NCBI GenBank assembly: GCA_002269645.1
Contig: NIVC01002589.1
Span: 1-64,000 of the forward strand
Reading direction: 5' to 3'
Source: Macrostomum lignano
Lineage: Eukaryota
Length of the DNA: 64,000 nucleotides
The stretch's first letter is position 1; every line of letters starts with the position of its first letter. The position numbers and the translations under genes were made by a program. Positions 42,120-56,444 of the stretch are shown piece after piece. The notes below the pieces were generated by a model. It did not search any database, was not told the DNA's origin, and saw only the letters and a list, made by a program, of their open reading frames with translations.

Positions 42120-43535
42120 GGGGGAGAGAGAAAGGGTGAGATTAGGAATGAGAGCGGGAGAGAGAGGGTGGGATAAAGAATGAGAGGGGGAGAGAGAGGA
42201 GTTGGGATAAACAATGAGAGGGGAGAGAGAGGGTGGGATAAGAATGAGAGGGGGAGAGAGAGGGTGGGATAAGAATGAGAGCGGGAGAGAGAGGTGGGAT
42301 AAAGAATGAGAGCGGGAGAGAGAGGAGTTGGGATAAACAATGAGAGGGGAGAGAGAGGGTGGGATAAGAATGAGAGGGGGAGAGAGAGGGTGGGATAAGA
42401 ATAAGAGCGGGAGAGAGAGGGTGGAATAAAGAATGAGAGGGGAGAGAGAGGGTGGGATAAAGAATGAGAGGGGAGAGAGAGGGTGGGATAAGAATGAAAG
42501 TGGGAGAGAGAGGGTGGGATAAAGAATGAGAGCGGGAGAGAGAGGGTGGGATAAAGAATGAGAGCGGAGAGAGAGGGTTGGGATAAAGAATGAGAGGGGA
42601 GAGAGAGGAGTTGGGATAAAGAATGAGAGGGGAGAGGGTGGGATAAGAATGAGAGGGGAGAGAGAGGGTGGGATAAAGAATGAGAGGGGAGAGAGAGGAG
42701 TTGGGATAAAGAATGAGAGGGGAGAGAGAGGGTGGGATAAGAATGAGAGGGGAGAGAGAGGGTGGGATAAAGAATGAGAGCGGGAGAGAGAGGAGTTGGG
42801 ATAAAGAATGAGAGCGGGAGAGAGAGGAGTTGGGATAAAGAATGAGAGGGGAGAGAGAGGGTGGGATAAGAATGAGAGGGGAGAGAGAGGGTGGGATAAG
42901 AATGAGAGGGGAGAGAGAGGGTGGGATAAAGAATGAGAGGGGAGAGAGAGGGTGGGATAAAGAATGAGAGCGGGAGAGAGAGGGTGGGATAAAGAATGAG
43001 AGCGGAGAGAGAGGGTTGGGATAAAGAATGAGAGCGGGAGAGAGAGGAGTTGGGATAAAGAATGAGAGGGGAGAGGGTGGGATAAAGAATGAGAGGGGAG
43101 AGAGAGGGTGGGATAAAGAATGAGAGGGGAGAGAGAGGGTGGGATAAGAATGAGAGGGGAGAGAGAGGGTGGGATAAACAATGAGAGCGGGAGAGAGAGG
43201 GTGGGATAAAGAATGAGAGCGGAGAGAGAGGGCTGGGATAAAGAATGAGAGGAGAAGAAGAGGGAGAGATAAGGAATGAGAGCGGGAGAGAGAGGGTGGG
43301 ATAAAGAATGAGAGGGGGAGAGAGAGGAGTTGGGATAAAGAATGAGAGGGGAGAGAGAGGGTGGGATAAACAATGAGAGCGGGAGAGAGAGGGTGGGATA
43401 AAGAATGAGAGGGGAGAGAGAGGGTGGGATAAGGAATGAGAGCGGGAGAGAGGGTGGGATAAAGAATGAGAGGGGGAGAGAGAGGGTGGGATAAAAAGTG
43501 AGAGGGGAGAGAGAGGGTTGGGATAAAGAATGAAA
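42120..43535. repeat. Purine-rich ~30-bp minisatellite (GGGTGGGATAAAGAATGAGAGGGGAGAGAGA)
   Basis: About 45 copies. Confidence 0.92.
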
Positions 43536-44011
43536 GGGCAAATTGCGAGTTGCCATTGATTCCCCCAAACAGAAGCAAAATTCAAACTGAGGCTGCTTGA
43601 GAACTGATCTGAGAAATGCTTTTAGCTCCTATGGCAGAAGTGGCAGCAAACATTTGAGGTCAGGTCGCCTGTTGAAGTCAAATATTCGAGCCGCATGCAT
43701 TAGCCAGGCTGTGGCCGAGCGCGATAAAAGCCTCTTCTCTCTGACTTGTCCCCATCAATGGCGTCAAGTGGCCTTAATTGACACCCCGCTGCGGGCCGGG
43801 ACTGGCATTTGCATTTTTTTGCACATTCGCCACTTTTTCTTTGTCTGATTCTAAGTGGCTGAAATGGAGAAAAAAGTGAAATAGAAGGCGGGAGGCGGTT
43901 TTCCCAGGCTGAGGTGCAACTTGACAGCTTGACTGACATTTGAAGCCTTCTTTGTTGCTAAGGCTGTTTCTGGGATTGTGAATGCGCGAAACTGGCTACT
44001 ACTTAGATGGA

Positions 44012-44992
<981 letters not shown>

Positions 44993-46067
44993 CTCTTACG
45001 ACTGTCTGTGTGTTTAGCGGGACCTGAGTTATGTTAATGCGTTACGTGGACCACGCAATTCCGGTTAAAAAATAGAGTCTGTTTTGACAACGCGAAAGGC
45101 TAGCTAGGGTTATCTTTTTGTTAACTTGACGGAATAGCCAGTTCGGGGAAACTGTGGTGGTTCACTAACTACGTTTTGGGGACCGGGTTAGGTGGACCGC
45201 AAAAAACAGTTGGTTTAGTTAGACCTCTTTCGTTGTAGAAAATTTATTGCTTTAAACTGTTCTTTTGAACTAATTAAAACAGAAATTCTCAAAAAGAACA
45301 GATAAAAGGGTTACGACGTCATTTAATGAAAATATCCCAAGTTCAAACCAATTTATTTAGCATTACTAATCGGGTTAATCGGGTTAAACAAATGTACGAT
45401 CGCATTAGTTAGTTGCGTCGCGTGAATACAAGAAGGTGAATGAAAATAAAGCATTTTGAAAATAAATACCGAATCATATCACATACTAACTGTAAACTCA
45501 TTAAAACTAATTTAGGTCAAAATGTATGCTTCAAATACATGTTAACAAACGTAAAATTCCATTAGTTAAAAAAGGTCATCCGAGTACGAGCCTACAAGAA
45601 GTTGAAGGGCATTTTTAATAACGACAAAAGTTACTGAAACTGAAATTAAATTGATTTGACTACATCAGTCCTATTATACTGAATGAGTTGGTGAGCAATC
45701 ATATGATAAGCCAATCATTTTACCGACTTTCATCTTTTCGTTCACGCAGATGATGGCTTAATCTTCTAATTTTTTCTACGAAATAGTCTCCTGGACCTTC
45801 CCTGCTTCCGTGGTCCGGGACCGCTTCTGTTATTGATCTGTCATTGCCTCTCTCACGAATTTCAGCTTACTCAGCCATCGAATCCGCTTACGTCAGCTCA
45901 GCTCTATGATGAACCTTTCTATATTTCTCGTCAATTAGTGGTTTGAATCTTCTTTTACAGTTCGTTTTAACCTTCATCTCGGTGAAACGCAGTCAGTCTC
46001 GTCGAGCTCAGGCGAACAAAATCAACCACAGGCTCCTACAAAGGTAGAAAATAAAATTAACTGACAA

Positions 46068-49000
46068 TCAAACAGACACAGAAATCTGTTCCAGTTGTGT
46101 CTGTAGGTTATGTGCACCACCTGAGAGCCAGAGCCTCAAACAGACAGAGAAATCTGTTCGAGTTGTGTCTGTGGGTGAGGTGAACCACCTTCTGAGAGCC
46201 AAAGCCTCAAACAGACTGAGAGAGCTGCTTCAGTTGTGTCTATAGGTTATGTGTACCACCTAAGAGCCAGAGCCTCAAACAGACAGAGAAATCTGTTCGA
46301 GTTGTGTCTGTAGGTTAGGTGGACCACCTTCTGAGAGCCAAAGCCTCAAACAGACTGAGAGAGCTACTTCAGTTGTGTCTGTAGGTTATGTGGACCACCT
46401 AAGAGCCAGAGCCTCAAACATACAGAGAAATCTGTTCGAGTTGTGTCTGTAGGTTAGGTGGACCAGCTACTCCACAGCACTTCTAGGCGATAATCTGAGC
46501 CAGGAATCTCCGAGAGCCTCTCGTTACACATCCAGATGTTCTGCCTTGATGCTGGACTAGCTCACTTTCTAGGAATCTGTTCTGATTGCATTCTAACAAA
46601 ATGAAGCATTCTCGGCACTAAACTTTCTCGGCGGCTCTGAGATCCAGAGCCTCAAACAGACAGAAATCTGTTCGAGTTGTGTCTGTAGGTTAGGTGGACC
46701 AGCTACTCCACAGCACTTCTAGGCGATAATCTGAGCCAGGAATCTCCGAGAGCCTCTCTTTACACATTCAGATGTTCTGCCTTGATGCTGGACTAGCTCA
46801 CTTTCTAGGAATCTGTTCTGATTGCATTCTAACATACTGAAGCATTCTCGGCACTAAACTTTCTCGGCGGCTCTGAGAGCCAGAGCCTCAAACAGACAGA
46901 GAAATCTGTTCGAGTTGTTTCTGTAGGTTAGGTGGACCAGCTACTGAGAGCCAAATCCTCAAACAGACTGAGAGAGCTGCTTCAGTTGTGTCTGTAGGTT
47001 ATGTGGACCACCTAAGAGCCAGAGCCCTAAACAGACAGAGAAATCTGTTCGAGTTGTGTCTGTAGGTTAGGCGGACCAGCTACTCCACAGCACTTCTAGG
47101 CGATAATCTGAGCCAGGAATCTCCGAGAGCCTCTCCTTACACATCCAGATGTTCTGCCTTGATGCTGGACTAGCTCACTTTCTAGGAATCTGTTCTGATT
47201 GCATTCTAACAAACTGAAGCATTCTCGGCACTAAACTTTCTCGGCGGCTCTAAGAGCCAGAGCCTCAAACAGACAGAGAAATCTGTTCGAGTTGTTTCTG
47301 TAGGTTAGGTGGACCAGCTATTCTACAGCACTTCTAGGCGATAATCTGAGCCAGGAATCTCCGAGAGCCTCTCCTTACACATCCAGATGTTCTGCCTTGA
47401 TGCTGGACTAGCTCACTTTCTAGGAATCTGTTCTGATTGCATTCTAACAAACTGAAGCATTCTCGGCACTAAACTTTCTCGGCGGCTCTAAGAGCCAGAG
47501 CCTCAAACAGACAGAGAAATCTGTTCGAGTTGTTTCTGTAGGTTAGGTGGACCAGCTATTCTACAGCACTTCTAGGCGATAATCTGAGCCAGGAATCTCC
47601 GAGAGCCTCTCCTTACACATCCAGATGTTCTGCCTTGATGCTGGACTAGCTCACTTTCTAGGAATCTGTTCTGATTGCATTCTAACATACTGAAGCATTC
47701 TCGGCACTAAACTTTCTCGGCGGCTCTGAGAGCCAGAGCCTCAAACAGACAGAGAAATCTGTTCGAGTTGTTTCTGTAGGTTAGGTGGACCAGCTATTCT
47801 ACAGCACTTCTGGGCGATAATCTGAGCCAGGAATCTGCGAGAGCCTCTCTTTACACATTCAGATGTTCTGCCTTGATGCTGGACTAGCTCACTTTCTAGG
47901 AATCTGTTCTGATTGCATTCTAACATACTGAAGCATTCTCGGCACTAAGCTTTCTCGGCGGCTCTGAGAGCCAGAGCCCTAAACAGACAGAAATCTGTTC
48001 GAGTTGTTTCTGTAGGTTAGGTGGACCAGCTACTCCACAGCACTTCTAGGCGATAATCTGAGCCAGGAATCTCCGAGAGCCTCTCTTTACACATTCAGAT
48101 GTTCTGCCTTGATGCTGGACTAGCTCACTTTCTAGGAATCTGTTCTGATTGCATTCTAACATACTGAAGCATTCTCGGCACTAAACTTTCTCGGCGGCTC
48201 TGAGAGCCAGAGCCTTAAACAGACAGAGAAATCTGTTCGAGTTGTGTCTGTAGGTTAGGTGGACCAGCTACTGAGAGCCAAATCCTCAAACAGACTGAGA
48301 GAGCTGCTTCAGTTGTGTCTGTAGGTTATGTGGACCACCTAAGAGCCAGAGCCCTAAACAGACAGAGAAATCTGTTCGAGTTGTGTCTGTTGGTTAGGCG
48401 GACCAGCTACTCCACAGCACTTCTAGGCGATAATCTGAGCCAGGAATCTCCGAGAGCCTCTCCTTACACATCCAGATGTTCTGCCTTGATGCTGGACTAG
48501 CTCACTTTCTAGGAATCTGTTCTGATTGCATTCTAACAAACTGAAGCATTCTCGGCACTAAACTTTCTCGGCGGCTCTAAGAGCCAGAGCCTCAAACAGA
48601 CAGAGAAATCTGTTCGAGTTGTTTCTGTAGGTTAGGTGGACCAGCTATTCTACAGCACTTCTAGGCGATAATCTGAGCCAGGAATCTCCGAGAGCCTCTC
48701 TTTACACATTCAGATGTTCTGCCTTGATGCTGGACTAGCTCACTTTCTAGGAATCTGTTCTGATTGCATTCTAACATACTGAAGCATTCTCGGCACTAAA
48801 CTTTCTCGGCGGCTCTGAGAGCCAGAGCCTCAAACAGACAGAGAAATCTGTTCGAGTTGTTTCTGTAGGTTAGGTGGACCAGCTATTCTACAGCACTTCT
48901 GGGCGATAATCTGAGCCAGGAATCTCCGAGAGCCTCTCTTTACACATTCAGATGTTCTGCCTTGATGCTGGACTAGCTCACTTTCTAGGAATCTGTTCTG

Positions 49001-52000
49001 ATTGCATTCTAACATACTGAAGCATTCTCGGCACTAAGCTTTCTCGGCGGCTCTGAGAGCCAGAGCCCTAAACAGACAGAAATCTGTTCGAGTTGTGTCT
49101 GTAGGTTAGGTGGACCAGCTACTCCACAGCACTTCTAGGCGATAATCTGAGCCAGGAATCTCCGAGAGCCTCTCTTTACACATTCAGATGTTCTGCCTTG
49201 ATGCTGGACTAGCTCACTTTCTAGGAATCTGTTCTGATTGCATTCTAACATACTGAAGCATTCTCGGCACTAAACTTTCTCGGCGGCTCTGAGAGCCAGA
49301 GCCTTAAACAGACAGAGAAATCTGTTCGAGTTGTGTCTGTAGGTTAGGTGGACCAGCTACTGAGAGCCAAATCCTCAAACAGACTGAGAGAGCTGCTTCA
49401 GTTGTGTCTGTAGGTTATGTAAACCACCTAAGAGCCAGAGCCCTAAACAGACAGAGAAATCTGTTCGAGTTGTGTCTGTAGGTTAGGCGGACCAGCTACT
49501 CCACAGCACTTCTAGGCGATAATCTGAGCCAGGAATCTCCGAGAGCCTCTCCTTACACATCCAGATGTTCTGCCTTGATGCTGGACTAGCTCACTTTCTA
49601 GGAATCTGTTCTGATTGCATTCTAACAAACTGAAGCATTCTCGGCACTAAACTTTCTCGGCGGCTCTAAGAGCCAGAGCCTCAAACAGACAGAGAAATCT
49701 GTTCGAGTTGTTTCTGTAGGTTAGGTGGACCAGCTATTCTACAGCACTTCTAGGCGATAATCTGAGCCAGGAATCTCCGAGAGCCTCTCTTTACACATTC
49801 AGATGTTCTGCCTTGATGCTGGACTAGCTCACTTTCTAGGAATCTGTTCTGATTGCATTCTAACATACTGAAGCATTCTCGGCACTAAACTTTCTCGGCG
49901 GCTCTGAGAGCCAGAGCCTCAAACAGACAGAGAAATCTGTTCGAGTTGTTTCTGTAGGTTAGGTGGACCAGCTATTCTACAGCACTTCTGGGCGATAATC
50001 TGAGCCAGGAATCTCCGAGAGCCTCTCTTTACACATTCAGATGTTCTGCCTTGATGCTGGACTAGCTCACTTTCTAGGAATCTGTTCTGATTGCATTCTA
50101 ACATACTGAAGCATTCTCGGCACTAAGCTTTCTCGGCGGCTCTGAGAGCCAGAGCCCTAAACAGACAGAAATCTGTTCGAGTTGTGTCTGTAGGTTAGGT
50201 GGACCAGCTACTCCACAGCACTTCTAGGCGATAATCTGAGCCAGGAATCTCCGAGAGCCTCTCTTTACACATTCAGATGTTCTGCCTTGATGCTGGACTA
50301 GCTCACTTTCTAGGAATCTGTTCTGATTGCATTCTAACATACTGAAGCATTCTCGGCACTAAACTTTCTCGGCGGCTCTGAGAGCCAGAGCCTTAAACAG
50401 ACAGAGAAATCTGTTCGAGTTGTGTCTGTAGGTTAGGTGGACCAGCTACTGAGAGCCAAATCCTCAAACAGACTGAGAGAGCTGCTTCAGTTGTGTCTGT
50501 AGGTTATGTAAACCACCTAAGAGCCAGAGCCCTAAACAGACAGAGAAATCTGTTCGAGTTGTGTCTGTAGGTTAGGCGGACCAGCTACTCCACAGCACTT
50601 CTAGGCGATAATCTGAGCCAGGAATCTCCGAGAGCCTCTCCTTACACATCCAGATGTTCTGCCTTGATGCTGGACTAGCTCACTTTCTAGGAATCTGTTC
50701 TGATTGCATTCTAACAAACTGAAGCATTCTCGGCACTAAACTTTCTCGGCGGCTCTAAGAGCCAGAGCCTCAAACAGACAGAGAAATCTGTTCGAGTTGT
50801 TTCTGTAGGTTAGGTGGACCAGCTATTCTACAGCACTTCTAGGCGATAATCTGAGCCAGGAATCTCCGAGAGCCTCTCCTTACACATCCAGATGTTCTGC
50901 CTTGATGCTGGACTAGCTCACTTTCTAGGAATCTGTTCTGATTGCATTCTAACATACTGAAGCATTCTCGGCACTAAACTTTCTCGGCGGCTCTGAGAGC
51001 CAGAGCCTTAAACAGACAGAGAAATCTGTTCGAGTTGTGTCTGTAGGTTAGGTGGACCAGCTACTGAGAGCCAAATCCTCAAACAGACTGAGAGAGCTGC
51101 TTCAGTTGTGTCTGTAGGTTATGTGGACCACCTAAGAGCCAGAGCCCTAAACAGACAGAGAAATCTGTTCGAGTTGTGTCTGTAGGTTAGGCGGACCAGC
51201 TACTCCACAGCACTTCTAGGCGATAATCTGAGCCAGGAATCTCCGAGAGCCTCTCCTTACACATCCAGATGTTCTGCCTTGATGCTGGACTAGCTCACTT
51301 TCTAGGAATCTGTTCTGATTGCATTCTAACAAACTGAAGCATTCTCGGCACTAAACTTTCTCGGCGGCTCTAAGAGCCAGAGCCTCAAACAGACAGAGAA
51401 ATCTGTTCGAGTTGTTTCTGTAGGTTAGGTGGACCAGCTATTCTACAGCACTTCTAGGCGATAATCTGAGCCAGGAATCTCCGAGAGCCTCTCCTTACAC
51501 ATCCAGATGTTCTGCCTTGATGCTGGACTAGCTCACTTTCTAGGAATCTGTTCTGATTGCATTCTAACATACTGAAGCATTCTCGGCACTAAACTTTCTC
51601 GGCGGCTCTGAGAGCCAGAGCCTCAAACAGACAGAGAAATCTGTTCGAGTTGTTTCTGTAGGTTAGGTGGACCAGCTATTCTACAGCACTTCTGGGCGAT
51701 AATCTGAGCCAGGAATCTCCGAGAGCCTCTCTTTACACATTCAGATGTTCTGCCTTGATGCTGGACTAGCTCACTTTCTAGGAATCTGTTCTGATTGCAT
51801 TCTAACATACTGAAGCATTCTCGGCACTAAGCTTTCTCGGCGGCTCTGAGAGCCAGAGCCCTAAACAGACAGAGAAATCTGTTCGAGTTGTTTCTGTAGG
51901 TTAGGTGGACCAGCTACTCCACAGCACTTCTAGGCGATAATCTGAGCCAGGAATCTCCGAGAGCCTCTCTTTACACATTCAGATGTTCTGCCTTGATGCT

Positions 52001-55000
52001 GGACTAGCTCACTTTCTAGGAATCTGTTCTGATTGCATTCTAACATACTGAAGCATTCTCGGCACTAAACTTTCTCGGCGGCTCTGAGAGCCAGAGCCTC
52101 AAACAGACAGAGAAATCTGTTCGAGTTGTTTCTGTAGGTTAGGTGGACCAGCTATTCTACAGCACTTCTAGGCGATAATCTGAGCCAGGAATCTCCGAGA
52201 GCCTCTCCTTACACATCCAGATGTTCTGCCTTGATGCTGGACTAGCTCACTTTCTAGGAATCTGTTCTGATTGCATTCTAACATACTGAAGCATTCTCGG
52301 CACTAAACTTTCTCGGCGGCTCTGAGAGCCAGAGCCTCAAACAGACAGAGAAATCTGTTCGAGTTGTTTCTGTAGGTTAGGTGGACCAGCTATTCTACAG
52401 CACTTCTGGGCGATAATCTGAGCCAGGAATCTCCGAGAGCCTCTCTTTACACATTCAGATGTTCTGCCTTGATGCTGGACTAGCTCACTTTCTAGGAATC
52501 TGTTCTGATTGCATTCTAACATACTGAAGCATTCTCGGCACTAAGCTTTCTCGGCGGCTCTGAGAGCCAGAGCCCTAAACAGACAGAGAATCTGTTCGAG
52601 TTGTTTCTGTAGGTTAGGTGGACCAGCTACTCCACAGCACTTCTAGGCGATAATCTGAGCCAGGAATCTCCGAGAGCCTCTCTTTACACATTCAGATGTT
52701 CTGCCTTGATGCTGGACTAGCTCACTTTCTAGGAATCTGTTCTGATTGCATTCTAACATACTGAAGCATTCTCGGCACTAAACTTTCTCGGCGGCTCTGA
52801 GAGCCAGAGCCTTAAACAGACAGAGAAATCTGTTCGAGTTGTGTCTGTAGGTTAGGTGGACCAGCTACTGAGAGCCAAATCCTCAAACAGACTGAGAGAG
52901 CTGCTTCAGTTGTGTCTGTAGGTTATGTGGACCACCTAAGAGCCAGAGCCTAAACAGACAGAGAAATCTGTTCGAGTTGTGTCTGTAGGTTAGGCGGACC
53001 AGCTACTCCACAGCACTTCTAGGCGATAATCTGAGCCAGGAATCTCCGAGAGCCTCTCCTTACACATCCAGATGTTCTGCCTTGATGCTGGACTAGCTCA
53101 CTTTCTAGGAATATGTTCTGATTGCATTCTAATAAACTGAAGCATTCTCGGCACTAAACTTTCTCGGCGGCTCTGAGATCCAGAGCCTCAAACAGACAGA
53201 AATCTGTTCGAGTTGTGTCTGCAGGTTAGGTGGACCAGCTACTCCAAAGCACTTCTAGGCGATAATCTGAGCCAGGAATCTCCGAGAGCCTCTCTTTACA
53301 CATTCAGATGTTCTGCCTTGATGCTGGACTAGCTCACTTTCTAGGAATCTGTTCTGATTGCATTCTAACATACTGAAGCATTCTCGGCACTAAACTTTCT
53401 CGGCGGCTCTGAGAGCCAGAGCCTTAAACAGACAGAGAAATCTGTTCGAGTTGTGTCTGTAGGTTAGGTGGACCAGCTACTGAAAGCCAAATCCTCAAAC
53501 AGACTGAGAGAGCTGCTTCAGTTGTGTCTGTAGGTTATGTGGACCACCTAAGAGCCAGAGCCTCAAACAGACAGAGAAATCTGTTCGAGTTGTTTCTGTA
53601 GGTTAGGTGGACCAGCTATTCTACAGCACTTCTAGGCGATAATCTGAGCCAGGAATCTCCGAGAGCCTCTCTTTACACATTCAGATGTTCTGCCTTGATG
53701 CTGGACTAGCTCACTTTCTAGGAATCTGTTCTGATTGCATTCTAACATACTGAAGCATTCTCGGCACTAAACTTTCTCGGCGGCTCTGAGAGCCAGAGCC
53801 TCAAACAGACAGAGAAATCTGTTCGAGTTGTTCTGTAGGTTAGGTGGACCAGCTATTCTACAGCACTTCTGGGCGATAATCTGAGCCAGGAATCTCCGAG
53901 AGCCTCTCTTACACATTCAGATGTTCTGCCTTGATGCTGGACTAGCTCACTTTCTAGGAATCTGTTCTGATTGCATTCTAACATACTGAAGCATTCTCGG
54001 CACTAAGCTTTCTCGGCGGCTCTGAGAGCCAGAGCCCTAAACAGACAGAAATCTGTTCGAGTTGTTCTGTAGGTTAGGTGGACCAGCTACTCCACAGCAC
54101 TTCTAGGCGATAATCTGAGCCAGGAATCTCCGAGAGCCTTTCTTTACACATTCAGATGTTCTGCCTTGATGCTGGACTAGCTCACTTTCTAGGAATCTGT
54201 TCTGATTGCATTCTAACATACTGAAGCATTCTCGGCACTAAACTTTCTCGGCGGCTCTGAGAGCCAGAGCCTTAAACAGACAGAGAAATCTGTTCGAGTT
54301 GTGTCTGTAGGTTAGGTGGACCAGCTACTGAGAGCCAAATCCTCAAACAGACTGAGAGAGCTGCTTCAGTTGTGTCTGTAGGTTATGTGGACCACCTAAG
54401 AGCCAGAGCCCTAAACAGACAGAGAAATCTGTTCGAGTTGTGTCTGTAGGTTAGGCGGACCAGCTACTCCACAGCACTTCTAGGCGATAATCTGAGCCAG
54501 GAATCTCCGAGAGCCTCTCCTTACACATCCAGATGTTCTGCCTTGATGCTGGACTAGCTCACTTTCTAGGAATATGTTCTGATTGCATTCTAATAAACTG
54601 AAGCATTCTCGGCACTAAACTTTCTCGGCGGCTCTGAGATCCAGAGCCTCAAACAGACAGAAATCTGTTCGAGTTGTGTCTGCAGGTTAGGCGGACCAGC
54701 TACTCCACAGCACTTCTAGGCGATAATCTGAGCCAGGAGTCTCCGAGAGACTTTCGTTACACATCCAGATGTTCTGCCTTGATGCTGGACTAGCTCACTT
54801 TCTAGGAATATGTTCTGATTGCATTCTAACAAAATGAAGCATTCTCGGCACTAAACTTTCTCGGCGGCTCTGAGAGCCAGAGCCTTAAACAGACAGAGAA
54901 ATCTGTTCGAGTTGTGTCTGTAGGTTAGGTGGACCACCTTCTGAGAGCCAAAGCCTCAAACAGACTGAGAGAGCTGATTCAGTTGTGTCTGTAGGTTAGG

Positions 55001-55015
55001 TGGACCAGCTTCTCT
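46068..55015. repeat. 9-kb complex satellite of 238(236)-bp monomers interspersed with 71+68-bp pairs; higher-order repeats of 1089 and 615 bp
   Basis: GAGCCAGAG markers at 47254, 47492 and 47730 (238 apart). The recurring 61-aa pseudo-ORF is spaced 1089, 1089, 1704 (=1089+615) and 714 (=3x238). Confidence 0.97.
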
Positions 55016-56402
55016 ACAGCAATTGAGTTGCAGGCCTTGCAGCTAGCTACTTTGAGATCATCAAACGAAACTCACTTTTCTGGACTCGGTGTCGACGGAT
55101 TTGCGAGCGATTTGCGATTTTCACCAGGCGATGCGGCTTCTTCGATTTCGCAGTGGCTTTTTGTGACGGTGTTTTTTTAGTTTTTATTTTAGGCCTGGCG
55201 TCCTTTTTTGCGGGTCATCATATCTTGGTTGTAGATTACAGTTTTTGGCACAATAAATTTATATATGGATGAAACTTGGAGTAAGGATTAACATTAGACC
55301 TATTAAGTATAAAAAAACGTTCTAATCTATACAATTGCAGTCCTTTAGAGTTGTATAGTATGGATTATAAGTACTTTCTTTTAAACTGTCTGTGTCTGGT
55401 CTCACTACGCCATGGTTTACGTGGACCACCCGCTTAGACATTATATATCCCTCTCTCCACTGTCTTACCTTCAGAACGCTTGCGGGTTTCCTATTGGCTG
55501 CGGTCGGTCCCATTGTTGGGGTGGATCTATCCTCCTAAGTGTTAACCAGCCAATTATAGATAGGGAGGTCTGTCTGTCTGTCTGTTCCAACCCTATACTC
55601 CTGCACATGTGTTTACGTGGACCAAACAGACAGTGAGTGTTAGGCTGACTGTTAATGCGTTCTTAGTTTTACTGGGACCGCAATCAAGTCGACCTTTTGC
55701 TAGAGAGTCAGAGACCCGATCGCTAGCTAAAAGGCCCTTCTTAATTGCGTCCTCTTGATCAAATCTTTTGCATGTACATGTATGAATTGTCCTTTTCAAT
55801 TAGGTAAATTGCATCTTCAACTTTGCACTTGAAAGGCTGCAGCTTAGGATCTTCTTCTTCCAACATTGGAGGAGGATAGAACAGGATATCCCATAGTGTT
55901 TAGGATAGAATTGGCAAGCACTTAATTCATGAAGTTGCTATTTTCTTCTTGTGTAATGGTAGAGCCTCAGAAATTCGCATTTACACAGTGTGGCTATCAA
56001 GGACCACTGGGAGTTCTTGAGAAGTCATTGAAGAATACTGTTTAGGCTTCACTTAAATATCTTTCTTGTCTCGGAGTCTTTATCGTTTGATCTGGTTAGC
56101 GAATTGGATTTCTTTACGTTGGTGTCTTACTCTGTGAGTCTGTGCTCAGAGTACGATACCGGAATTGCTGGAACTGAGCTAATTAAATGGAGTTTAAAGT
56201 TTACTGTATCAAATTCATTTCGCATACGAGGTTTCAGAATTTTTAATTAACCTGCGTACCTACTTGAATGTCAAAGAACTGAACGCATATTGTTTTAAAG
56301 CCAGTAGCGGTCATAAATGATGCCAACATAGCCCTTTGTTCGTAAGGTAATGATCTGTAAAAAATTCAGTTTTGCATCGAATCTATGCTTAATAACTGCT
56401 AT

Positions 56403-56444
56403 ACACAAACAGACACAAACAGACACAAACAGACACAAACAGAC
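56403..56444. repeat. 10-bp repeat (ACACAAACAG)x4
   Basis: Direct reading. Confidence 0.8.

Noticed and set aside
41996-43585. About 500-aa Ser/Leu/Pro ORFs (and 39326-39988)
   Set aside because: Pyrimidine-strand translations of purine arrays.
46068-55015. CRISPR-like regular array and the recurring 61-aa MLECNQ ORF
   Set aside because: No unique spacers, no cas genes and a eukaryotic context; the ORF is a by-product of the monomer.
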